Source: Piromyces finnis finn
Lineage: Eukaryota > Fungi > Neocallimastigomycota
DNA: 64,000 nucleotides
Assembly: GCA_002104945.1 (NCBI GenBank)
Contig: MCFH01000066.1
Coordinates: forward strand, 1 to 64,000
Direction: 5' to 3'
Of this stretch, positions 39,521 to 51,700 are shown piece by piece. The notes beneath the pieces were generated by a model. It was given only the letters and a program-made list of their open reading frames with translations, did no database searches and was not told the origin of the DNA. Both the position numbers and the translations under genes were made by a program. Numbering within the stretch: position 1 is the stretch's first letter; the number at the start of each line of letters is the position of its first letter.

Positions 39521-40507
39521 TCAAATATTAAAAGTATCAATTATTATAAACACATTTTATACAGAAACATAAAAGAGTTCTGTATTTTATCTTTAAAATT
39601 ATTATTATTGTTCTATTTCCAGGCTTTAAATTAATCACTTCTAGTAATAATTACTCAATTATTTATTTGTTAATTTATATATATATATATAAGTTTGAAA
39701 AAATTTCTAAAGAACACTTGGATAAAACACTAGAATTAATAATTTAATGTATATCATTTTATTTTTTTAGCTTATTTATTCATTTTTATTTATTTATTAT
39801 TATTTTATTATTTTTATACATTTTTGGATTAAGTCGTCTTATTTTATTTAATAATTTATTTTATTATTATCTCTATTAAGTCGTTTTTATTCAGAATTTA
39901 CTATTTAATAAAGAGAATATTATTTATTTAAAAGAAAGGGTTATATTTTCATAAAATTATTATTTATTCATTTTTAAGGGTTATTATCTTTTATTTTTAT
40001 TATAAGTCACTATGGGTTAAGTCGTGTTTATTCAGCTAGTTTTTATTACGTTTTTATATGAGTAGCGTATCAACAAATGATATAATTTGATAATAATCTT
40101 AATTTTGAATTTTACTTCAAAAAGTGATTATTATATTATATCTTTGATTATAACTATATAAGTTATATGGATTAGAATTTAAAATTATTTTTATAAAGAT
40201 TAATAAAATTGTTTTATTAAAAACACTAAATTGTTTTATTAGAAACACTCGTTTTTCTAATATTTAAATATTTAAAATTTTATTTATTTAGTTATAAAAT
40301 TGATTATTAAAATTATAAAAATATTAACTAAACTATATAATATTTCTTTATTAATAATAATAATAATGATTAAAATAAGAATATTTACATGTATTTATAT
40401 TTTCTTTTAATTTTAAACTATTTACATTAAAATAATAAAATTAATAATTATTTACAATAAAAGTAATAAAAGTAATTAAAAGTTAAAGAATATAAAAAGT
40501 TGTTTAT

Positions 40508-41132
40508 TGTTAAGGATTTTAGGTGATTTGAGGTAAGTTAGGTCAGAATGCCCTAACCCTACTTATTAAATTAATATAAATTATGTTTTTTTTATCAAAC
40601 TTTTATTTATTAATAAATTTATTAATACATTTTATTAATCAAATATTTTATTAATCATTAAGTAGAGTTATAAAACTTAATGATTTCTCGAAAAATTAAA
40701 TTGTTGAATTAATTTCGAGTATTTATAATTTTTAAATCAATTAATAAATAATTATTCTATTTAATAAAGTTACATTAATTATAAAATACATGATTTAAAT
40801 TTTAATATAATTAACTATTCTATAAATTAAAATATATTAAATATTTATAATGACTTTAAGCTTATGACTTATCTTTATTACTTGCTTAAGTCATTTTGAT
40901 CATTTGAGAGAGGAATGACTAACTATTTCATTTATTTAAATTTCCTTCCACATCAAATGAATAAAGAGATATTATTTAAACTTTAATAAATAAAAAATCT
41001 TAATAATTATAATTAATAAATATCTCTAAAAATATTATTAAATAATGTTTTTATAAAATATTATTTCTTATTAATTAAATGAATAAAACATTATTTAAAT
41101 AAATTATCATGAATCCACTAATATTCATGACA
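40508..41132. mobile_element. Solo LTR, family B
   Basis: TGTTAAGG...CATGACA; TSD TTTAT (40503-40507 / 41133-41137). Confidence 0.85.
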
Positions 41133-41706
41133 TTTATTTTACAATTAATTAAAGTAATAATTATTTTTAATGTTTTTGTAACGAATCATTGTAAAAGGTT
41201 TTATTATATACTAGTTAATAAGTTAAATATAAAAAGTTAATTAAGTTAGTTATTACCTCTCTATACGAGTTAATAACTAAATAAAGTTTTATAAGAAATA
41301 ATAAAAGAACTAAAATAAATATTATAACACAAAAATAAATATATAACAAATAAATATTAATATGAAATATTATCTACTTAAATAATTGTTTATAATTATT
41401 ATCTTTTATTTATTAATTATAATTATATACATTGATTATTATTATAGCTATTAATTTACTTTAATACTAACGCTAAAGTATTTAATGTTAGTTTATGCTA
41501 TACTATTTAACTATAATAGTTTATTTACTAAACCACTTGATTGGGTGAAGTAAATAAACTTTTTATTTATTTAATAACCATTAATATATGGTTATGCATA
41601 TTTCTGGCCAATAAATGTTAACCAGAATATATGGTTTCAATTGAAATATTTGTGGGCAAACTTATGGCCACAAATATTTCTTACAATGCCCCCCTAAGGA
41701 GAAAAC

Positions 41707-44700
41707 CTAGGCAGGGTTTTGGACACTAACCATGAATTCCTGGTAACATTTATCTTGGAATTCTTTTAACAACTTATCATAATGGGCATTTTTGTCAATG
41801 ATATCGGCATTTACCCACTCTTGTCTAAAGTCACTAAAGGTAGCTAAATGCTGGTAGACATCCTTTTTTCTTCTGGCACTAAGGATCTTAATGATTTTCT
41901 GGTAACCTTCTGGTGCCGGTTTTAGTTCTTCTGGTTTATAGTGGTATGGTTCTAACTCACTGATATGAAACACTGGATAGACGTTAGGGAAAGGAGATTT
42001 ACTAATGTCTAGGCGATAGTTAAGCTTGTTTTCATCAATGCCAATAACTTTGAAGGGACCGTACTTTCTTGCTTGTAGCTTGTAGAAGGGAAGAGGGTTG
42101 TAATTTTCTGGTTTTCTTAACCACACAAGGTCCATAAGCCTAATTTTTGGGTAGTTAAGTTCTCTTCGGCGGTCAAGGTGGTCTAAGAACCGTATTCTTG
42201 AGATGTCCAGCATGTGTTTTAAGTTGCCTAAGTTGTGTGCGAAGCTATCTAATATTGGAGCTTCACCTAACGAGTGGACAAGCTCTGAGTCTTGGGGATT
42301 CATATGTACTTGGTAATTATACAAGGATAGGAATGGAGACTGCTTAGTAGAGCTGTGTACCGCATTATTGTAGCAGAACTCTGCTAAGTACAAATACTTC
42401 AACCATTCGTCATCGTCGAAAGTCTTCACAAAGCACCTTAAGTACATACTAACGTAGGAGTTATTGCGTTCTACCTGACCCACCGTTTCATGATGGCTAG
42501 TAGTAGCAAGGTTCACTTCTACACCAAAGAATCCCATAATGTCCTTCCACAACTTACTAGTGAACTGAACACCACGGTCCGTAGTAACTGATTTAGGACA
42601 ACCATGTAGTTTGAATACATGTTGTAAGTATGCTAAGGCTGTTTCTTTTGCAGTAGGCATACTCCTAAATCCCACTAAGTGTATCATTTTGGTTAACTTG
42701 TCACTGCAAACCATGATACAACCCCTTCTAGTGACTTCTGGAGGATCTGAAGGATCACTACCTGGTTTTCTTCGTTCTTTAATAGGTAGGTCCGTCAGGA
42801 AGTCAATTTCTACTTCTTGCCAGGGTAAGTCTGCAACTTTTACTCTAGCAGCGCTACCATACGGCTTATGCCTGTTGTCCTTTTGAGTACAACATATGGT
42901 ACAAGCTCGAATATATCCCGCAACGTCATCCATCATTTTAGGCCAGTAGTAATTTCTGGCTATCAGGTCATATGTCTTATCCTTACCCAGATGACCTGCT
43001 GTTTCACTATCGTGGTTAAGTTTAATGATTGTATCCCTTAATACCTTTGGCACATATGTGCGTTCAGGAGCATCCTTTCTTACAATCAACCCATTTATTT
43101 CTAACCACTTCTTCTTGATGAGCTTGTGGCCTCTCTTCGCATTAAGGCCTTCTTTAATTTCCCTTGCTAGCTCATCAGTGTTGTAAGCTTGTTTGAGTTC
43201 TACAAAGCTTACTTCTAACACCGCATAGCACTCTTCTTCCATGGGTGGAAATTCCTTTACTTGTTCTGGACGGAGGAGACTAGCTTTTTCCATCTCCAGT
43301 TGTACCTGTTCTGGAGATACCATTCTTGATAGTATATCGGCTCTACCATTCATTTTCCCTGGCCGATATATTATTTCAAAGTTGTACGCAGCGAACAGGT
43401 CTTTCCATCTTGCCTGTCTTGCTGTCAACAACTGAGGTTTAGTGGCGAACAGGAGGTTCCTGTGGTCGCTGTAAACCAGGACCTTGTGTTTCGCACCCAT
43501 TAGTAGGTGTCGCCACTCAATGAAAGCATTTCTAATAGCCAACAACTCCTTTTCCGTGATGGAGTAGTTGATCTCTGCTTTCGTAAGCTTCTTAGAGTAG
43601 TAATACACAGGGTGTAGTTCATTGTCATCACCAAGTTGTGACAGTACACCACCAACTGCGTAATTACTAGCGTCACACTCCACTATAAACTGACGTTCAT
43701 GGTCAGGATAAGCTAATACTGGTGGAGCCAACAACATTTCCTTTAACTTTTCAAACGCCTGTACACGTTCTTCATTCCATAGGAACTGCAACTTCTTGGA
43801 CGTCATAGCGTAGAGTGGTCTTGCTATTTTGGAGAAGTCCTTAATGAACTTCCTATAATAGTTACATAACCCCAGGAAGGACTGTAATTCCTTGATGTTA
43901 GTTGGTTGAGGCCAACTAGCTACAGCTTTTAATTTCTCTGGATCGGTCTTAATTCCGTACCTTCCTACAACGTGACCCAGGAATGCAAGTTCGTCCTTGT
44001 GAAACTCGCACTTTGCTAATTTAGCTACTAGACGTTGTCTATTAGCTTTTGTAGGACTCGTTTCACATGTCCCACATGTTCTTCAAGTGTTTTGGAGTAT
44101 ATGATGATGTCATCCAAATACACTTGGCAACAGTCATTGATTTCCTCTGCTAATACCGTATTGATAAATCCTTGGAATGTAGCAGGTGCATTAGTCAAAC
44201 CAAAGGGCATTACCAGATATTCATAATGGCCGAATTTGGTTGAGAATGCAGTCTTGTATTCGTCACCCTCGCGAATACGCACCAGGTTGTAGGCAGACTT
44301 CAAATCCAGCTTGGAGAAGATAGTCGCACCTTTCATGGCTTCGAATACCTGACTTATTAACGGTAACGGGAAGGAGTTACGTACTGTTACTTTATTAAGA
44401 CGTCGGTAGTCAGTACATAAACGTCTTTCACCACTTTTCTTGGGCACAAACAAGACGGGATATCCTGCAGGACTTTCTGACTTCCTTATGAAGCCCTTGG
44501 CAAGATTCTCCTCTATATATTCCTTCAACACTTTTTCTTCTTCTGGGTTGAATGGATATATAGGGCCCTTATGAAGACTCGCATCAGGTTCCAGGTCTAT
44601 TTTACAATCGTAGGGACGGTGCTCTGGTAACTGATTAGCGATGTCTTCATTGAATGCTTCCTTGAAATCATGGTAATATTTTTCCACAATTTCTTCTGGT

Positions 44701-47090
44701 GTAGGTTGGTTTTTGGGTAAGTTTTCTTCTTGTGCCAACCCTACGTAAACGTGATTTCCATCTAAGTGACTTTCATATGTCAACCCTCCGGAATTGCGAT
44801 TTTTCTCTAAGTACACACTTGGTGCCAACCCTACTGAAACGCTATTTTTTCCTAAGTCGTGTTCTTGAGACAACCCTCCGGAAACACAACTTTTTTCTAA
44901 GTTGGATTTTCGAGACAACCCTCCGGAAGCTTGTTCTTCAGGACCTACTGGGTTTTTATGTCTACCATTACCCACGATCTCCGCTTCAACATTTTCAGTA
45001 GTTACAGTTACTACAGGCTTTCTAGCTTCTGTATGAATAACTGTTGTAATGGGACTTATTTGAGCACAGTAGTAGATATCACCACTCTGGATTCCATAAC
45101 CAACAGTGCGTCCCTTTTGTATATTGTCATCTACTACATAGTACCTGACTTGAGCGTTCTTATCGTAACCCCTGTAGATGTAGTGCTCATCCATAAAGCC
45201 CAAGCCTACTATTATTATTTCTGGCATATTATCCGATAAGTGACAGCTTGTATTGAAGTAGTAAGGTTTAGCTTCCTGCTCTCCTGTAGGAGTTAACCAC
45301 AACTTCAACTGCAAGTCGTCTGAGAACTGCTTTAATTCGATATCACCATTAACAGTTCGAAATATTGCTGGTTTATCTACCACTTTCAACCCAAGTTTTC
45401 TTGCCAGATTTGGGTGGATAAGGTTGGTAGTAGAGCCAGTATCATATAATACTTCAACCCTCTTAATACCCTGCGGGTTGCTTCTTGCATTAATTTCAGC
45501 TACTTGCTGGCTTTGACTGTAGTAGCTATTATTAACTACTGTCTGACTAACCATGGCTTTAGGTAATGGGTTATTACCTGTGCTCGAAGGTCCTTGCTTG
45601 GTTTGGAAGCTAGAACTTCTCCTGAAGCCTGGTTTATTGAACGACTCACGACGTTCTTTAATGCTGCTATTGTTTTTAACGTATGCCTGTTGGTTGTTTT
45701 GCTCAACTTTAGGCTTATTAGTGGACTTGTTGTTTTTCTGCTTTAACTCAGCCCATTTGGAAGGTCTACATGGGTCTGTAATATCCAACAAGGCCATGAT
45801 TGTGGTTTGGCGGTCTCTCTTATCGTACTTTTCTATGGTATCGTTACGGAAGACTGCTTGGTGATCATCGCATTTTAACAGTACATCACTCAATACCCCT
45901 AGTGTACGCTCCTGTTCAGGAATATCATAGAACGCTTCCCTGACAGAAGGTCTGACCTGCTGTATTAACACCTGTCTCCTGACGTTTTGAGGAAGCCCAA
46001 GTGTTTCCGTCAACTCGTTGAATTCTTCTAAGTAGTCGTAGGCTTTTCCCCACTCATGTGTGAGTTTAAGCAACTTCGACTTACAAAGTTCATGGGGGGA
46101 CTCTGGTGGGAACTTATCTTGAAGATGGAGGAATAACCTTTCAGCATCAGGGTCCCTGCGCTGTAACATCCTCTCCCTAAGTCTATACCATCTTAATACT
46201 TTCCCACCTAGATGATCTTCAATGAAGCTAACCTTGGCCCTTTCATCATTTCCATTGTCGTATGGGTAACGTTTGAAATGGCGTAAGCACTTCTCCTGAA
46301 AACCTTCTAAGTCTATCCCATTATTGTCAAACATAGGTACTTTTTCTTCGTACCTATGTACTCGCCAGTCAAACATCTTCACATCCCCATCCTCAGAATA
46401 TTCCGTAGGGTTGGTACTGCTACTAGCTCCAGCACCATGAGGATTCTCCGTACCACCGGTTTGAGAAGGTGTTCTTTCATGAGCTCTGGCTGCAGCTCGT
46501 TTGTTCATGGCTTCCATTTTAGCCTCAAACAATTTTTCTCTTTCTTCTAAAGCGATTCGTTGTTCCTTCAGTATAGCCATCTCTTCTTCAAGCTCCTTTT
46601 TATAAGAGACGAAGGCGCTAGATTGACGTTACAACGTTTCTTGGTTGTTTAACACTTGCTGATGGTCTTGTAACCTTTCCTCATGTTCTGCAGTAAAGGC
46701 ATTTTCCACAGCATGCAGCTCTTCCAAGCTAACTTGGCTAGCTGACTCGTTCGCTTCCAACCTTTGGTCTACTTCAACAAATTTTTGTTGAAGGGCCTCA
46801 TTTATTTCGCTCTTGTAAACCTCAATGCCACGAAGTTGTTCTTCCATAGCACCCAGACGGTTTCCCATACTAGCAAACTGGCTAGATATCTCAGAAACCC
46901 ATCTATTAAGAAGACCTTCGATGTGCTCCATTGGGTTTACTCCACTATTATTATTAAAAAAGAAAGAAGGATCAACAGGGGTGGGCAAAGAATCCCCCTG
47001 TTGAACCTGAGAATTTTGATTAGATTCGACCTCGGCACTTTCGAGAAGTACCGGGGTTCGAACCCGAGACATCACCTCCACACCATCCAT
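41707..47090 (-). pseudogene. Element C Gag-Pol; in-frame TAA at 46629-46631 and a 1-nt deletion near 44035
   Basis: LYDTGS protease, YLDDIIIYS, VECDASN, H..H..C..C, EIDFLTDLP, KYGPF; reading frame restored across both lesions; clearly related to element D. Confidence 0.9.
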
Positions 47091-47133
47091 GCCATCCGCG
47101 CTCGCCGCGTCAGGACGGGTCCCGTCCCTTACG

Positions 47134-47628
47134 TGTAAAAGGTTTTTATAATATTAGTTAATAAGTTGCTAATTAGTTAATTAAGTTAGTTATTACCTCT
47201 CTATACGAGTTAATAACTAAATAAAGTTTTATAAAAAATAATAAAAGAAAGAAAATAAATATTATAACACTAAAATAAATATAAACACTTATATAAATAT
47301 TTTATGAAATAATTTTTACTTAAATAATTATATTTTAATTATATCTTTTATTTATTTATTATAATTATAATACATTAATTATTATTATAGCTATTAATTT
47401 ACTTTAATACTAACGCTAAAGTATTTAACGTTAGTTTTGACTATACTATTTAACTATATGAGTTTATTTTCTTTACCACTTGATTGGGTAAAGCAAATAA
47501 ACTTCCTATTTAATTAATAACCATTAATATATGGTTATACATATATTTGGCCAATAAATGATGACCAGAATATATCGTTTCAATTGAAATATTTGTGGGC
47601 AAACTTATGGCCACAAATATTTCTTACA
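47134..47628 (-). mobile_element. Solo LTR, family C, inserted in the 5' leader of element C
   Basis: TSD TTACG (47129-47133 / 47629-47633); visibly diverged from the 41190-41685 LTR. Confidence 0.85.
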
Positions 47629-47866
47629 TTACGAATGATGTTTGAGTGTCCAATTTATGGACACCCTGAGGGTTAGGGTACTTACCTGATTTTCCCATTT
47701 CGATTTCTATAATAAATTCTTTTAGGGCTTTTAAGAATTTATTATATAAATTTAGGTGGTTATGAATTTTAAAAATAAAAAAAATAATAACTTTATTTCT
47801 AAACTAACAAAAAACAATTATTTTTAATAATAAATTTACTTCTTTTATTATAATATTAAAATATTA

Positions 47867-48694
47867 TATAAAATATTGTATTAATAGAATAATGTATTTA
47901 ATACGTATTTAAAATAATGTATAATGTATTAAATTAATATACCGTAAATTTCCATAAAATTCATATCACAATACATTAACATAAATTTATGTAAATTTTA
48001 TTTTTTAATTACAAAAATTTATATCACAATACATTAACATAAATTTATGTAAAATTTAATTTTATGATAAGATAAAGTTTTTGATGATAAAATAAAATTT
48101 TAAATTAAATAAATTTTAACCAATAAATATTTAGATAATAAAAAAATTTTTTTATAAACTAAGCCTCAAAATTAGAAATAAATAAATTGAATATATGTTT
48201 GAAATATAATCAACCATATAGTAAATAAATCAAAACTTTATTTTAAGTTTAGAAAATTCTTTAGTAAATAAATTGAATTTAAATAGTTTAATACAAATAA
48301 TTTCTTTTAATAAATGTATAAATGTAAACTATGTAAAATTATAATATTAAAACATGTATATTAGAATTTATTCAATTTATTTAAAAAGTATAAATAAAGA
48401 AAATTTTTCAACTATTGAAACGATAATTGGAAAATCGTATAGGTTAATTTAGTATAGATAAATTAACATTAGTTTATAGTTTAGATTAATAATTTTAGTT
48501 TTAAATAAAATAAATTGATTACCTAGTGAGGGCTCTGGTAAAATATCCTTCACGGTAAAGTAATCAACGGTTGTTTTAGTTTAGTTATTTTAAAATAATT
48601 TAATAAATAAAATATAAAAAATTAAAAATAATTTAAAGTGTAGTTTAGAATATTGAGTGTATACAAACCTGAACTTAGTTTAGAATATTTTACA
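47867..48694. mobile_element. LTR-like repeat family E
   Basis: T(A)TAAAATATT...AATATTTTACA termini; homologous to 2276-3092; no matching TSD. Confidence 0.6.
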
Positions 48695-48718
48695 GCCACA
48701 AATATTTCTTACAATTTC

Positions 48719-51700
48719 TGTCACAATAACATATATAAAAATTTAAAAAATTTGGACACATGGAAAAAATTAAAAATTTTTTTTAAAATTTGAAAATTTG
48801 AAAATTTGAAAAAATTTATTTTTTAAATTTTTATTAAAAAATTTCAAAGTATAAAATTTCTAATATTTGAAATTATTAAATTTTTTAAAATTATTAAATT
48901 TTTTAAAATTATTAAAATTTTATTATTAAAAATTTTAATTTAAATTTATTAACTATTTACAATAATTATATTAATTATTAATTTATAAAAATTAAATATT
49001 TTATAATTAGATAATAATTAATTAAAATTAAAAAATGTAATAATTAAAATTGTTCATGTATAAAAAGAACAAAAATTGACAAAAATTACGAAGCTTTAGC
49101 GTTAGTAATTTTTTAACTTAAAGTTAATAAAATTTATAAACTCCTATAAAACCTAAAACTTTAAAAATTTTAATATTTTTAATAACTTAATATATGCTGA
49201 TATTAAGTTATTGCTAAAATAAAAATATTATTTAAATTTCTTTATATAAATATTATTAGCTTTACGCCTTCAATAGGAAAGCGTATTATATTTATTAATT
49301 AATATAACTAGTGTGCTTACCACACTTTTCTTTAATAAAAAATCGCTTTTTGACATTACTAACGCTTATTATAAAAGTGCGCTAAGCACCAATTAGTTAG
49401 TAATTATTAATAACTAAATATAATAATTAAAGTTTAATGGAAAAATCTCCACTTACACCTATTAAAGTGGATACAAAAGAATTTTTTAACCGCCTACAAA
49501 CTACCAAGAGAGAACGTTCCCCAGGAAATACTCCCGTAAGAAAATCAAAGATGCCTAATCATTCCGGACAAACTAATGCTTCTACGAGTAATTCTACTCA
49601 GAAGCCAACTACTAATGAGGATCTCAAGGCCCTCATTGAGTCTTTAACTGCTACCTTAACTGGGAATATCAATCAGTTAAAGGTTGATATTCAAGCTACC
49701 AGAAGGGAAAACGAAAGTCTCAATGATCGTTTGACTGTTTTGGAAAACTCTACTCAAGTTATTATGGGTAAGATGACTACCTTAGAAGTCAACGATGCTA
49801 GGAAAGACAATCAACTCGCTGATATCAAAGCTCATATCAGCAAAGCTACTCAAAGAGTTGATGAGTTGTCTACTCCCGTTACTCCTTCTGCTGCTACTCC
49901 TCACGAACCTGACGGTGACGTCATCATGGGAGATGCTTCGCCTCCAAACGTCGCTGAAAAAATGCTTTCTTACTCAGGAGAAAGTATTCAACTACGCAGA
50001 TTCATCCGTCGATGCGAACACCACTTCTTAAGACACATCAAGTTCTATGGAAACAATGAAGCTATGAAAGTAAACTTCATTGAAGATTGTCTTACTGGTG
50101 ATGCTGCAGATTGGTACGATGTTGAACAAGCAGACTTCCAGGAATCTCATCCGAATAGAAAGGTTCTTTACGAAGCTTTGAGTAAGAGATTCCTTAACCC
50201 GAAGGATATCAACATCACCAAAATCGACCTGATGAAGCTCAGACATAGTTGGGGAAAAGCTTCCGAATACTTAGGAAAATTCTCCCAATATGTCAAATTA
50301 ATTGGATGTTCCGAAGACATTCAATTAACCATCATGCTTTTCCAAGTTAGACCTACCGTGAACCACGCCTTTAGTAAATTAACTTCGGATAGACAGACGT
50401 TAGAAGAACTGAAGAATCTTCTAATCAAATATGATGCTTCCAAGGATACTTATTACGATGATACTTTGGAAAGACAAGCTAACTACAAGGACAAAGAGCC
50501 CTTAATAGCTAATTTATTAGGTATTCATGGCAGTCTTTATTCCAAGAACCCTAACAAGACTAACAATCGTAATAACAACCAAAGGAATAACAATAACAAC
50601 AACCGCCCGTCTAACCAAAAAGGAAAAGGCTCCAGTAACTTGGATAGCAAGTCTAGTACCCAAAATCCCAATAAAAGTACTAAACCTAATAATGGTACTT
50701 CATACTCCAGCTATCTCTGTGAAGTAGAAGAGCAAGATATCTTAGAGCTACCAAATCCTGATCCGGAGAAGTATCCCATCGTGAAGACTAGTGTAAAAAC
50801 TTCTAAAGGATCTAGACAGGTTATCACTTCGTCTCTCTTAGATTCCGGCTCTACTACCAATGTAATCCATATGGATTTAGTGAAGAAACTAGGAATTAAG
50901 ACCATACCAGCTGATACTGTTGTAAAGGTCATGGGAGGTAATGTCCTAATGCATTACATCACAGAAGAGTTCAACATTGTAATGAACTTATCTTCTTTAG
51001 GAGGAACCCGAGAAGAGGTTCGTCAATACAAACTTCGATGCCACGTAGCTGATCAGCTTCCTTCTTCGATTCTCCTAGGTTCTAAGTTCATGAAAACCAA
51101 CTTCTTCTGTATCTTAACACAACCTGACCATTCCTTTACAGTTAAAATTGGTCCTGTTCCTTTCTCCAACCATAATGGATCTGAGATTAAATCTCCTAAC
51201 TTTAGGAATGATTTGAAGAAATCTACACCTCTTCATGAAGTTATGTTTATCACAGAACTCGAAGACTCAAATCTGGATAAATCAACTTCCATTCCAACAG
51301 AAACAGTCTTCATAGCCGATGATCAGAATCCTGAACTAGTAGAATCTATCAACGGTATACCTTTGGAATATGAAGATTTATATGAAGCCTTCAATGAAGA
51401 ACGAGCCGATGAACTTCCTGAACATCGTGTATATGATTGTTCTATCGATTTGAAACCTAATGCTTCATTATTTTATGGGCCAATTTATCCAACTACTCCT
51501 ACTGAACGTCAATTTATTAAGGAGTATATTGAAGAAAACTTGAATAAAGGATTCATTAGAAAATCCCGATCTCCTGCTGGACATCCAGTTCTACTCCAAG
51601 ATAAGAAGGATGGTAGTCTCAGATTTTGCGTTGACTATCGCAAGCTCAACGACCAAACTATCAAGAATGCCTATCCGCTACCTTTAATCCTATCAGTCTT

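Larger units (their letters stand above)
41190..47866 (-). mobile_element. Ty3/Gypsy element C; 3' LTR 41190-41685; 5' LTR largely missing (only 48695-48713 may remain)
   Basis: PPT AGGGGGGCAT abuts the LTR on the minus strand. The apparent 5' LTR at 47134-47628 is a separate TSD-flanked insertion. Confidence 0.8.

Noticed and set aside
11607-46631. RIP-like hypermutation or stop-codon recoding explaining the several in-frame stops
   Set aside because: There are only a few scattered TGA/TAA codons accompanied by frameshifts, element D is intact, and no systematic C>T excess is apparent between LINE copies by eye.
47134-47628. 5' LTR of element C
   Set aside because: It has its own TTACG TSD, is diverged from the 3' LTR, and leader-like sequence continues beyond it.
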